From: the human T2T-CHM13v2.0 reference genome, Homo sapiens
Reading direction: 5' to 3' (one strand)
Assembly (NCBI RefSeq): GCF_009914755.1
Contig: NC_060933.1
Length of the DNA stretch: 64,000 nt
The translations under genes and the position numbers were made by a program. Numbering within the stretch: position 1 is the stretch's first letter; each line of letters begins with the position of its first letter. Positions 1 through 12,337 of this stretch are shown here, in pieces. Under the pieces are notes generated by a model. The model did not search any database, was not told where the DNA came from, and saw nothing but the letters and a program-made list of their open reading frames with translations.

Positions 1-741
1 ACTCACCCCTCCCAGACTTCTCACACTCACCCCCTCCCAGACTTCTCACACTCACCCCCTCCCAGACTTCTCACACTCATCCCCTCCCAGACTTCTCGCA
101 CTCACCCCCCCAGACTTCTCACACTCACCCCCCCCAGACTTCTCACACTCACCCCCTCCCAGACTTCTCACACTCACCCCTCCCAGACTTCTCACACTCA
201 CCCCTCCCAGACTTCTCACACTCGCCCCCTCCCAGACTTCTCACACTCACCCCCACCCAGACTTCTCACACTCACCCCTCCCAGACTTCTCACACTCACC
301 CCCTCCCAGACTTCTCGCACTCACCCCTCCCAGACTTCTCACACTCACCCCCCCAGACTTCTCACACTCACCCCTCCCAGACTTCCCACACTCACCCCCT
401 CCCAGACTTCCCACACTCATCCCCTCCCAGACTTCTCACACTCACCCCCTCCCAGACTTCTCACACTCACTCCTCCCAGACTTCTCACACTCACCCTCCC
501 AGACTTCTCACACTCACCCCCTCCCAGACTTCTCACACTCACCCCACCCAGACTTCTCATACTCACCCCCCCAGACTTCTCACACTCACCCCTCCCAGAC
601 TTCTCACACTCACTCCTCCCAGACTTCTCACACTCGCCCCCTCCCAGACTTCTCACACTCACCCCCACCCAGACTTCTCACACTCACCCCTCCCAGACTT
701 CTCACACTCACCCCCCCAGACTTCTCACACTCACCCCCTCC
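1..741. repeat. C-rich minisatellite, 24-25 bp unit CACCCC(C)TCCCAGACTTCTCACACT (continues past window start)
   Basis: About 30 tandem copies visible. Confidence 0.95.
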
Positions 742-1215
742 CACGCCTCTCACCCCCTCCCAAGCCTCTCACCCCCTCCCACGCCTCTCACCCCCTCCCG
801 CGCCTCTCACCCCCTCCCATGCCTCTCACCCTCACCCCCTCCCAAGCCCTCACCCCCTCCCACGCCTCTCACCCCCTCCCAAGCCTCTCACCCCCTCCCA
901 CGCCTCTCACCCCCTCCCACGCCTCTCACCCCCTCCCACGCCTCACCCCCTCCCACGCCTCTCACCCCCTCCCACGCCTCTCACCCTCTCCCACGCCTCT
1001 CACCCTCTCCCACGCCTCTCACCCTCTCCCACGCCTCTCACCCTCTCCCACGCCTCTCACCTTCTCACACGCCTCTCACCCTCTCCCACGCCTCTCACCC
1101 TCTCCCACGCCTCTCACCTTCTCCCACGCCTCTCATCCTCTCCCTCTCCCACGCCTCTCACCGTCACCCTCTCCTACATCTCTCACCCTCATCCTCTCCC
1201 ACGCCTCTCACTCTT
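742..1215. repeat. C-rich minisatellite, ~19 bp unit CACGCCTCTCACCCCCTCC
   Basis: Tandem copies directly abutting the 24-mer array. Confidence 0.9.
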
Positions 1216-1329
1216 GTTCCCTCCACGCCTCTCACGCTCATCCCCTTGCACATTGCTTTGCTGTCGGTGTGTCATCTTTGGTGAAATGTCTTTCAGACTT
1301 CTGCTCGTTTTATGATTGCATTGTTTTGT

Positions 1330-1670
1330 TAGCTTTGAGAGTTCTGTATATGAGTGTTTGTCAGCTATGTGGTTTCCAGTATTTTCTGCTGGTCTGAAGC
1401 TTCTCTTCTTTCTCTCAAAAGGTCTTTCACAGAGCAAAGGTGTTTCATTTTGATGAAGTCCGGTTTATCAGTTTTCTCCTGTGGATTGTGCTGTTGGTGT
1501 TGTGTGTGATAACTCTTCACCTAGCCCTAGATCTCAATTTCTCTAATTTTTTTTTTTTTTCAGTCTTACGTGAACTTTAAATCTGTGATCCATTTTGAGT
1601 TAATGTTTGTATAAAGTCTGAGGCTTGGGCTGAGGTTGAATTTATTTTTGCCTGTGGATGGCGCCCCAGT
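1330..1670 (-). mobile_element. Old L1 (L1M) ORF2 3' fragment
   Basis: ttttgatgaagtcc...atccattttgagttaat resembles antisense L1M consensus. Confidence 0.6.
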
Positions 1671-2112
1671 CACAGTTTTAAAACTCACGTTAGAAACTGT
1701 ACATCATTCGTCTCTCTGAAGTTATGCTTTTATTACAGTCCTACTTCCAGGATTTTATTCTCATATATTTTTATTCGTGAGGATCTTTTATTGTCATCCT
1801 ATTACATTCCTTTAGGGAAAAAAAGCAATTTGAAATTTTTAGAAAATTCTCTGACCATGAGGCTTATTTAAGTGATCGCTTTTTTCTGGATTGAGTAATT
1901 AAAGTGTAATTGATTACAGCACATCATTTGGTTGAAAATTAGTGAACATTCACAGGCTGGTCTGTTGTAGGAAAAGAGAACTTGAGTGTTTTGAGGCTTC
2001 GGAACCTGGTTTCCTGAAGACTCTCCACTGCCTCTCCGCACCCTGGAGAACTTGCTGTGCTCCTGGGGGAGTCTGCAGGAGAAGGAGGGGGTGGACTGAG
2101 CCAGGGCAGGGC

Positions 2113-2420
2113 TGTGTGTGTGGGCCCCACGGAGGTGGTGCGGCAGAGACTATGGGTGGGAGGGTGCCTGCCCTGCACCTGCGGTGTGCTCTGTGTCTCT
2201 GGGCCCCACGGAGGTGGTGCGGCAGAGACTGTGGGTGGGTGGGTGCCCCCCTGTGCCCCCGGTATGCTCTGTGTGGGCCCCACAGAGGTGGTGCGGCAGA
2301 GACTGTGGCGGTAGGGTGCCTGCCCTGCACCCGGAGTGTGCTCTGTATCTGTGGGCCCCACGGAGGTGGTGTGGCAGAGACTATGGGAAGGTGGGTGCCC
2401 CCCTGTGCCCAGGGTGTGCT
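2113..2420. repeat. ~80 bp tandem repeat, 4 copies (GGGCCCCACGGAGGTGGTGCGGCAGAGACT...)
   Basis: Direct inspection. Confidence 0.9.
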
Positions 2421-3220
2421 CTGTGTCTGTGGTTCTGGGCCTGAGCCCGGGGTGTGTCTGTGTCTGTGGTTCTGGGCCTGAGCCCGGGGTGTGTCTGTGT
2501 CTGTGGTTCTGGGCCTGAGCCGGGGGTGTGTCTGTGTCTGTGGTTCTGGGCCTGAGCCCGGGGTGTGTCTGTGTCTGTGGTTCTGGGCCTGAGCCCGGGG
2601 TGTGTCTGTGTCTGTGGTTCTGGGCCTGAGCCGGGGGTGTGTCTGTGTCTGTGGTTCTGGGCCTGAGCCCGGGGTGTGTCTGTGTCCGTGGTTCTGGGCC
2701 TGTGCCCGGGGTGTGTCTGTGTCCGTGGTTCTGGGCCTGAGTCCGGGGTGTGCCTGTGTCTGTGGTTCTGGGCCTGAGCCCGGGGTGTGTCTGTGTCCGT
2801 GGTTCTGGGCCTGAGCCCGGGGTGTGCCTGTGTCCGTGGTTCTGGGCCTGAGCCCGGGGTGTGTCTGTGTCCGTGGTTCTGGGCCTGAGCCCGGGGTGTG
2901 TCTGTGTCCGTGGTTCTGGGCCTGAGCCCGGGGTGTGTCTGTGTCCGTGGTTCTGGGCCTGAGCCCGGGGTGTGCCCTGTGTCTGTGGTTCTGGGCCTGA
3001 GCCCGGGGTGTGCCCTGTGTCTGTGGTTCTGGGCCTGAGCCCGGGGTGTGTCTGTGTCTGTGGTTCTGGGCCTGAGCCCGGGGTGTGTCCGTGTCTGTGG
3101 TTCTGGGCCTGAGCCCGGGGTGTGTCCGTGTCTGTGGTTCTGGGCCTGAGCTCGGGGTGTGTCTGTGTCTGTGGTTCTGGGCCTGTGGCCCGGGGTGTGC
3201 CCGTGTCTGTCTGGGCCTGT
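2415..3220. repeat. 37 bp minisatellite GTGTCTGTGTCTGTGGTTCTGGGCCTGAGCCCGGGGT, ~21 copies
   Basis: Direct inspection; explains the repetitive ORFs 1939..3262. Confidence 0.95.
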
Positions 3221-4371
3221 GGCCTCTCCACCCTTCAGGATTTCCTGCCACCCCAAACCCAATTTAGTCTTGTTTGGTATTTTTTTAAAGCCACAATTTA
3301 TTGAAAATTACGTTTTAAAAAGTCATTCCAGTGATAAAACGAATGTTGCAGGCTTTAATAAATCCAATATTCTCATAAAAGTTTAAACATGAAGGTGTTG
3401 TCACGGCTGCAGTCTCACGATCCCGTGGCCAGAACCAAGGGATTTGGACCCTGTATCCAGCGTTAATCCCCATCATAAAGCCCCAGCTCAGAGCGAGGCC
3501 TGCTCACTGGCAGCTTCACTGTTGTTAGGGCAAAGAAAGTGGAAGTCGCCGGAAGGGAACATTTTTTTCTACCTGGAAATGCTTGTTACTGTGACCTGGT
3601 TGGCAGCTCCATTTCCTTGTAAATTGTGCCCACTCCAGGAGGCGTCAGCATGGGGCCCCTTGTTTTTCTCTGTGTGTGTGTGTTTCCACACCTCACCTCC
3701 TGGTACCCACTCTAGGCTCTAGTTGCTGGGAGAGAGGTGGTGCCTGTTGGTCTGCACTGGAGGTGGTTCTTAGCAATTGTGTGAAGAAGTGCTGCTAAGT
3801 GTCCTACTGTGTGACTCACCCTGGTGCACAGCCCACCGCCCCACCCCCGCCCTGCCAGGAGGGAGGAGCCTCAGCGAAGGGGCCTCCCGCCCCCACAGGA
3901 GGGAAGAGCCTCGGGGAAGGGCTGCCCTCCCAGAGCCAGGCCCTGTGGAGATGGGATGGGCCGGCCGTGCTGCCTCCATGGCTAGGTCTTTCCTTGTGCT
4001 TTGTTAGGTAACAAGAGTCCCAACAAAACCTAAATCTAGAATTCTCACCTCAGTTAAGCCATTCTTAGTCTTACTGTTGAGATTCTTGAAAATAACCTTT
4101 TAAATTAAAGAATAGGTGTGTGTACCTCGGCAAGAATTAGCCTCACATGGCTATTTTCTCTTCAGGTTTTGTTTTTGTACCTTCATCAATATGTACTTTG
4201 AAAGCGCATTTTGTGTTTGTAAGCACCAGCTGAAGGGGAGAGCCACGTGAGCCAAACAGCCTGGTCGGTGGTTTGTAGGTGACATAAAGGGGGACCGACT
4301 CCTGAGTTCTAACAGTGGCTTCACTGCAGTCAAACCTGGTGTGCTGGAGAAAGACCAAGAAACGTTATACA

Positions 4372-4891
4372 GCAGACGTGTGGCATTCGTGTGGTAGACT
4401 TGTGGCATTCGTGTGGCAGACGTGTGGCATTCGTGGGGCAGACGTGTGGCATTCGTGGGACAGATGTGGCATTCGTTGGGCATTCGTGTGGCAGGCTTGT
4501 GGCATTCGTGGGGCAGGCGTGTGGCATTCATGGGGCATTCGTGTGGCAGACGTGTGGCATTAGTGTGGCAGGCGTGTCACATGGGGCAGGCGTGTGGCCT
4601 TCGTGGGGCATTCGTGGGGCAGGCGTGTGGCATTTGTGTGGCATTCATGGGCAGGCGTGTGGCATTCCTGGGGCAGGCGTGTGGCATTCATGGGGCATTC
4701 TTGTGGCAGGTGTGTGGCAGGCGTGTGGCATTCGTGTGGCAGGCATGTCAGACGTGGGGCAGGTGTGTGGCCTTCGTGGGGCAGGTATGTGGCATTCGTG
4801 GGGCAGATGTGGGGCAGACATGTGGCCTTCGTGTGGCATTCGTTGGGCAGACGTGTGGCCTTCGTGTGGCAGACATGTGGCCTTCGTGGGG
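4372..4891. repeat. Degenerate ~22 bp minisatellite GCAGACGTGTGGCATTCGTGTG
   Basis: Direct inspection. Confidence 0.9.
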
Positions 4892-5655
4892 CTTTCAGTG
4901 TTCCGTGTGTGAGGTGCCTTCATTAGTGGACATGGCAGGAGGAGCTGTCATGTCTGAGCTGTGCTTTGAAGGAGGAAGGAGAGCATTCATCCCTCGGGGA
5001 AAAAGTAAGGGCATCCCAGAGGTGGAGGTACATTCCAAGAGGAATCACTGAATGTGGCACACAGGGTTGCTGAGCTGGACAGGTCTCCACAGGGAGAAGC
5101 AACAAAAAACTCCAGGGAGCTGTGGCCACTAGAATGTGAATCCAGGGTAGGTTCCGCAGTAGGGAGCCCAGGTCGTTCTATGTCTGTTCTGGACATCAGT
5201 GGGGTGTCTGGCAGTTTAGTGTGGGCTCACTGAGAAGCTTTGCAAGGACCACATGGCAGCAAGATGCGCTCGAGAGACAGAGAGGCAAGGAGGGAGGGAA
5301 ACAGACACAGACAGAGTGCGCCTGTGAGACAGAGAGAGGTGGAGACCGTGAGGCCGTGAGAGCCAGCCCCAAGAGTACTCGCTCCCCTGTGCCTTCCAGC
5401 TCGCCCTGGCACACCCCTCTCATCTCCCAGCCAAGCCAGGTGCTACCCTGTTCTCCTCCGTGTGCTCTTGCCTGGAACTCTCGCTCTGCCTCCCTGCCTC
5501 ACCTGTAACCTCCACAAGCACCTCCTGAATCCCTCAGAGCTGTCTCTGCAGCCACATGTTCACCCATGTCATGGACCCACCGAGCACTTTGAGTTACTTA
5601 TGACCTTGGTTACTTCTCCCTGGCCTTGACTATAGTTGATGCAGGTGCCTTGTCG

Positions 5656-5675
5656 TGTGTGTGTGTGTGTGTGTG
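5656..5675. repeat. (GT)n microsatellite
   Basis: Direct inspection. Confidence 0.9.
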
Positions 5676-5689
5676 CGTATGTGCGTGGT

Positions 5690-7120
5690 AAAACACATAA
5701 TATCAAACTTAACCATTTTTAAGTAAACAGCTCAGTGGCATTAAGCACATTCACGCTGCCGTGCAGCCATCGCCACCCTCCGTCTCTGGAACCTCTTCAT
5801 CTTCCCACACTGAAGCTCTGTCTCCTTTAAACACTGACTTCCCATTCCTCTCTCCCAGTCCCTGGCAATACCATTCTACTTTCTGTGTCCATCAGTTGGA
5901 CGACTCTAGGGACCTCCTGTAAGTGGAATGGTACAACGTTTGTTCTTTTGTGGCTGACTTACTTCATTCGGCACAGTGTCCCCGAGGCTCATCCACGCTG
6001 CAGCGCGGGCCCCAGCTTCGCTGCTTCTCAGGCTGAGTCACACGTCACTGCGTTTTGCACACGACACTTTGCTGATCCGTTCGCCCGACAGCCGACCCTC
6101 GGGTGGCTTCCCCCTTTTGGCTGCTGTGGTTGATGCTGCTATCAACGTGGGTGTACAAGCATCTCTTCAAGACCCTGCTTTCAGTGCTGCTGGGGCACGT
6201 GCCCAGCAGTGGAACTGCTGGATCACATGGTAGTTCCACACTTAGCTTTTTGAGTTTTCCACAGCGGATGCACCGTTTCACTTCCTACCAGCAGTGCACA
6301 AGGGTTCCCATTTCTCCAGTTCTCACAACACGATTTTCTGTTCTTTCCTAGTAGCCATCCATGCTGCTCACTGTGGTTTCCATATGCATTTCCCCAATGA
6401 TGTTAAGCATTCTTTTTTCATAGTAGCCATCCTAGTGTGTGAATGGTACTCACCGTGGTTTTGATATGCATTTCCCTGATGAGGGTAAGCATCTTCTCAT
6501 GTGCTCATTAGCCATTTGTATGTCTTCCTTGAAGAAATGTCTGTTCAGGTCCTTTGCCCATTTTTTATTCTGGTGGTTTTTTATTGTTGAGTTGTAAGAC
6601 TTTTTCATGTATTCTGGATAATAATTCCTGATGGATTTGCAGATGTTTTCTCCATTCCATAACCTGCTTTTTCACTGTTAACTATGTCCTTTGATGCACA
6701 TAAATTTTAATTTTTGTAAATTTTTCTTTGTAGAGACAGGGTCTTGCTATGTTGCCCAGACTCATCTTGAACTCCTGGCCTCAAGTGATCTTTCCCCCTT
6801 GGCCTCCCAAAGTGCTGGAATTACAGGTGTGACACACCACACCTGGCCCAGAAATTTTAACTTTGATTAAGTCCAGTTTGTCTATTTTTTTCTTCTGTTG
6901 CCTGTACTTTTGGTTTCACGTCTAGAAAATAACTGCCAGATCCAATGTTGGGAAGCTTCCCCGGTTTCCTCCTGAGTTTTATACTTTTAGGTTTTGCAGT
7001 TAGGACTGTGGTCCATCTTGGGTTAATTTTTTTATATGGTTTAGAAAAGGGTCCAGCTTCATTCTTTTTCATGTGGTCATTCAGTTCTCCCGGTACCATT
7101 TCCTGAAGAATGCCCTGTCG
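5690..7120 (-). mobile_element. Old L1 (L1MB-like) 3' end and ORF2 C-terminal remnant, interrupted by an Alu monomer at ~6710-6850
   Basis: L1MB-type 3' UTR text; ORF 6857..7099(-) KPYKKINPRW...YFLDVKPKVQATEEK resembles L1 ORF2p C-terminus. Confidence 0.8.
5879..6317. repeat. Left arm of 439 bp inverted repeat (partner 17992-18430)
   Basis: Manual alignment to the reverse complement: 434/439 identical; mirrored ORFs in the track (5976..6233+ equals 18076..18333-). Confidence 0.97.
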
Positions 7121-7550
7121 TTTAACACTTTTTACTGTGTATTTTTACTGTGTATTTTACTGTGTATTGCACCCACTATGTGCACAGTAAAGTGTGGTTC
7201 AGTTGAATTAGATTTGAAGTTAAACTATCACAGGTCTGTAGGTGACGAGGGAAGCAGACAGAGAGTGGAGGTTCAGTTGTGTCTGTGCATTCTGCAATGA
7301 AGGAGGTACTGGGAGTTTGCTGTTGGTATCACAGCCTTGCCCTGCAGGCTGAGACTAAAGGCAGATTTAGGAGATCACTGAGACTGAGTAAAATACCATT
7401 TTAACACACAACATAGTTACCTACTGTGGGATAAATGCCATTTGGGGATGTTGCAAACTGTAGCCATGGTAAACTGGGAAAGCAGGTTTTGAGAGGTTTT
7501 GATGCTGCCCATTTTGGGTATTTTTTAGCTTAGTAAGTGTATTATCTAAG

Positions 7551-7720
7551 TCAGGGGTTGGAACATTTTTTTCTGCAAAGAACCAGCTAGAAAATGTTTC
7601 AGGTTTTGTGGACCACATGTGGTCACTGTTCCTCCTCCCTCCTGCTCATTCCTCCTTCTGGCCTTTAGCCCTGTAAATGCTGTTCTTAGCTTGGGCCATG
7701 GTTTGTAGATGCTGACCTAA
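7551..7720. mobile_element. MER58-like hAT DNA transposon fossil
   Basis: caggggttggaacatttttt...gaaaatgtttcaggttttgtggaccaca resembles MER58. Confidence 0.6.
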
Positions 7721-7891
7721 CCCATCTGAGGGGCAACTAGGCACACGTGAGGACAGCTGTGCTGTTTCCGCTTGCAGACTTTCTCCTCTCTCCATTGTAT
7801 CTCATCTTTCGGTTGTGGGGAATTATCGGGGAGAAGAACTGTGATTTTGGTTGCATGTTATTTCAGTGACCACCTGCTTATGCAGTTATAG

Positions 7892-8128
<237 letters not shown>

Positions 8129-8873
8129 TGAATGTATGTTTCGAGCCTGCCCCTTGCCAGGTGAGAGTTCTGTTTGGCTGTAAGTGCCTGTGCTGCTCTT
8201 GATGAATGACTGTTGACGTCAGCTGGCCCTCCTGTGCTCGCCTGTATGCCTGAGGAGGCACACCTGACCTCTGCTCTAAGCCTTGTCTCATGCCAGCATT
8301 GATTTCCTAGCTTGTTAACATTCTCAAGATGAAGACTGTTTTCTTTACTAGTATGTGACTCACTTGGTCTATGTGGGGAGAAGACCCTGGAGTTGGAAGC
8401 TTTCCTGGTTTGTAGGTGGAGTGCCTTTGGAAATGCTGGGGTGTGCTGGGGAAGTCTGTGGCCCAGGGTGAGGACCACCGCCCGCTCCAGCTGCTCTGCC
8501 ACCAGCCACCTCGCTCCAGGCGTGCTCCTCACTCTCCTGGGCTGGCTGCTTCTATGGCCAGTTCCGGGAGTGGATGAACGTTTGATTCCTTACCGGGGAC
8601 CTTTTGTGGGAGGTGCTGGGAGGGCACCGGGACCTCAGAGTGAGCGCTGCGTCAGGGCTCCCTGGGCTTTCAAACCTCCTCAGCTTCTGGGATGGGATGT
8701 GTGCGTTTGGCGCTGTCCTGAAGAGATGCAAGGCCCTTCCTGCCAGCCCTCGTGAATGCTGGGAGGTCAGCCGGCCCTCGTGAATGCTGCTGCTGCTGGC
8801 AAGGCTTCACTTGGGGATGATCACCTGGCCACAGGTGTCTGTCTTTTTCTGGACTTTAAAAATACTTTTTATT

Positions 8874-9177
<304 letters not shown>

Positions 9178-10029
9178 TTAAGTATTTTCAGACCTCCAGC
9201 AAAGTTGCAAAATTCTACGAATAAGTCCTGTGTACCCTTTATTCATTTCACCACATGGCACAATCTCGCCCCCGGCCCCCCCATGTATTACTTTTTTTTC
9301 TGAGACATGAATGTAAGTTGTAAACATTGTGCCCTTTTATCCCTGAAAACTAATGTTATTTCCTAAAATTACTGTCCCTCAACATAAAGACATTCTCTTA
9401 GATGACTACAGCACAGACATCCCGGTGAGGAAGTATACCGCGACGCCGCTCTCTAATCTCAGTGTCCTGTTCCGCATTTCCCATTCCCGACTGTCTTTTA
9501 GGGCAAAGGACAAATAAAATCTGGTTCTAGAGCTTCGAGCACCTAGTTGTTGTGTCTTGCTAGTTTCCTTTAATCTGAACCATTCTCAGCCTTCTTTGTC
9601 TTTCTGAACCGTGGTGTTTTGAGTACAGGCCAGGTCTTTCATAGAATGTGTCTGATGTGGGTTTGCCCAGTGTTTCCCAGGATTGTGTGCAGGTCGTGGA
9701 GCGACGCAGGTGACTGACAAGTGTCCTTAGGAATTGAATTGTGGTGGTTTTTTGTCCATCTTCAAGTTACTGCTCACCAGACTGCAAGCATGTCTTGCAG
9801 GGAGAGACCCTAAGGTGCTGCATGTACCTCCCATCACATCCCACCAGGGTCTTCAGCATCTGCCATGGCCCACGCTTAGCTAGTACTGCACGGTGGGTGC
9901 CAAATGGTGGTTTTCTAACTCCATCATTTCCTCTCTTGATTATTTCAGTTTCTGCTGTAAGGAGGTGCTTCACTTTCCTGTCCGTCCACACAGTTATCTG
10001 TCCATTTACTTTACAAAAAAAAAAACTTA

Positions 10030-10156
10030 AAAAAAAAATAGAGATGGGGGTCTCGCTATGTTGCCCAGGCTGGTCTTGAACTCGTGGGCTCAAGCAGTCC
10101 TCCTGACTTGGCCTCCCAAAGTGCTAGGATTACAGGCGTGGGCCACCGCCCCCAGC
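10030..10156 (-). mobile_element. Alu monomer (FLAM/AluJ) within old L1 sequence
   Basis: tagagatggggg...ccaaagtgctaggattacaggcgtg. Confidence 0.85.
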
Positions 10157-11165
10157 CTGTCTGTCTGTTTTTAAGTACTAATTTACGGACTCTTATTTGA
10201 GTCTCTGGACTGTAATCCATTCCTATCATTATTTATTTTGTTGCTCACATTGTCCCAAGTTTGTCCAGTGGGGTCCCCCTAGGCTGGTTCTGAGTCCTGG
10301 GGCGTGGGCACCTCTTCAGGAAGACCTTCCCCATTCACTGGATGGTCTGCTTACCTTGCCTTGTCCCTTCCCAGGGCCGGAATCGGCTTTCTCCAGGGAG
10401 CCCTGGTTCTTTTCATTGGAAGTTAGAAAACAAAATCAGTCATTATCTGTTCCCCTCACCATCAACTTACCAACTTTTTTTGCTATTTGACGTAATTTTA
10501 TTTGTTTGAAACAGTTAAACTTGGTGTTTTGCAAAACTATGGAGTTATGCTCACGTATGTGAGGACTTAAAAGTAATGTCTGAAGAGTTGTTAAAGTGTT
10601 GAGATTTTCTTTTCCTATTTTAGCTTTATTATATCGCCATCTTTTAAAAAGAGCTTTCTAAAAACAAACTACCCAGCGTGTTTAGCAGGCTCCAGTTTAC
10701 CCTTCCACAGCCCCCTTCCTCCACCACCCCTTCCTTATCCGTAACCTGGAAGTGGGTGGTCCATCAGCGTGTTAGCCTAGGACAGTGTGTAAAATGGCCT
10801 TGAGCACTGGAGGAGATGTGCTCGGCAGTTAGCTGCCTGCTGTGGTCCAGTGGTTAAGATACTCCCTCAGCCTCAGCTGCTCCCGTGTGTTGTCACCCCA
10901 GGGCTTCCGGAGTGGGCACAGAAGTTACAGTTTCTGTGCTAGAACGTGTTAACTAGAGAGGAGCATGGCATGCCCAGCTGCCTTGTCTTGTGATGGTCAT
11001 CAGTGCACCTTTCAACATGGCTGGAAAGACAGGAGTGCAGATGGAGGAGTCCCCTGTTAACTGTCCCCGGGGGTGCAGAGTCCACTTATCGGGATGGCAG
11101 AGAGAGACAAAGGCCTTTTACAACAGTGTCCATACAGAGCAGGAATCGGGGTACGTCCTATCCTG

Positions 11166-12337
11166 TTGTCACAGGATCCCTTGAGTGTCCCTTTGCTGGT
11201 CATAAACCTCTGCAGCCAGCGGCGCCTCTGCTTGAGTTTCACTTGCACCTGCTGGGCTCATTCTGCCCACTCGGCCCAGCAGGCTGTACTTGGCTCATGC
11301 TACCGGCCCAGATCCCACACCTTCCGAGGGCAAGCCAGGAGTGGAGCAGCGAGGCGTGTGTTGACGAGCAAGCATGGTGTGGGGCCACTGTGCACAGCCA
11401 GGCCTGCTTGGCTGCTGTGGTGGGGCAGGCAGCTCCAGGCTCTGGCTCTGTGCAGAGCTGTGGCTGGATGAGGCATACCACAAGCAGTTTACACTGCAGG
11501 CGCTGGCGTCTAGATGAGGGGAACACGGTGGTGCCCCAAAACTCGGAGTCACCAGCAACTGCAGAGCCCCAAGGGGATAGGGTGGGAGAGTGTGCTATAG
11601 CTCTCTTGCTGTCACCACCCACAGTACGGGCTGGGGTGTGTTCCCAGCTCGTTCAGTTCTGCCGCTTTCGCCCTGGCCTGCAGCTCCCAGGCTGGCCTGG
11701 CTCCACTGCTGCTTGCCATCACACGGGGCAGCCGCCGACACCAGCGGAGGGCAGGAGGGCTACAGTGTTACAGCTCTGGCTTGAGGAATCCCAAGGTTTG
11801 GGTCCCCAGAAGGATCACCGCTCTTCACTCCCGCAGTTCAGCGAACGGGAGCGTGTCACTGCCTGCAGCTCAGTGAACCGGCCAGGAACATGTTACAGCC
11901 CTTTTTGCACCCGCTGTTGCGTGGGTCCCGAGTTCTTGTCTTGGGTCCAGGAAGAATGAGGTTACATGGACAACTGGAGGGGAGCAAGGTGGAGAAGAGT
12001 TTTATTGAGCAGCAGAACAGCTCTCAGCGGAGAGGAGACCCAAAGTCAGTAGCTCCTACTGGCAGGGAGGCAGTCCTGTTGTGTGGCTGAGTCTGGGGGT
12101 TTATGTGGGCTCAGAATGGAGGAAGTGCATGAAGTGCATGCTGATTGGTCCATGGGTAGGTCTGGAAAAAACACCATTTGATTGGCTAAAAGGCATCAAG
12201 GAAGTTCTCACTCCAGGTTGTGGATTCTGCCGGGAACTGGCAGCCCGGTTTTCAGGCTTCAGGCGGCCTTTGGCTTGAAGGTCAGGTTTCACCGGGGACC
12301 TGCTCCTATCTGCCTAGGAATTTGTCTGCCATTATCA
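11166..12337 (-). mobile_element. ERV1-class solo LTR (MER52/LTR28-like), antisense to EHMT1
   Basis: TG...CA ends (tgtcacaggatccc ... attatca); gtccaggaagaatgaggttacatgg and gtttcaccggggacc motifs of this family; CCAAT and AATAAA on the - strand. Confidence 0.65.

Noticed and set aside
1939-3262. 430-433 aa ORFs on the - strand
   Set aside because: They are stop-free translations of the 37/80 bp minisatellites, open in several frames, with no protein-like features.
11003-11959. 318 aa ORF on the + strand
   Set aside because: Overlaps a GC-rich LTR, has no recognisable domain and no gag/pol/env motifs.
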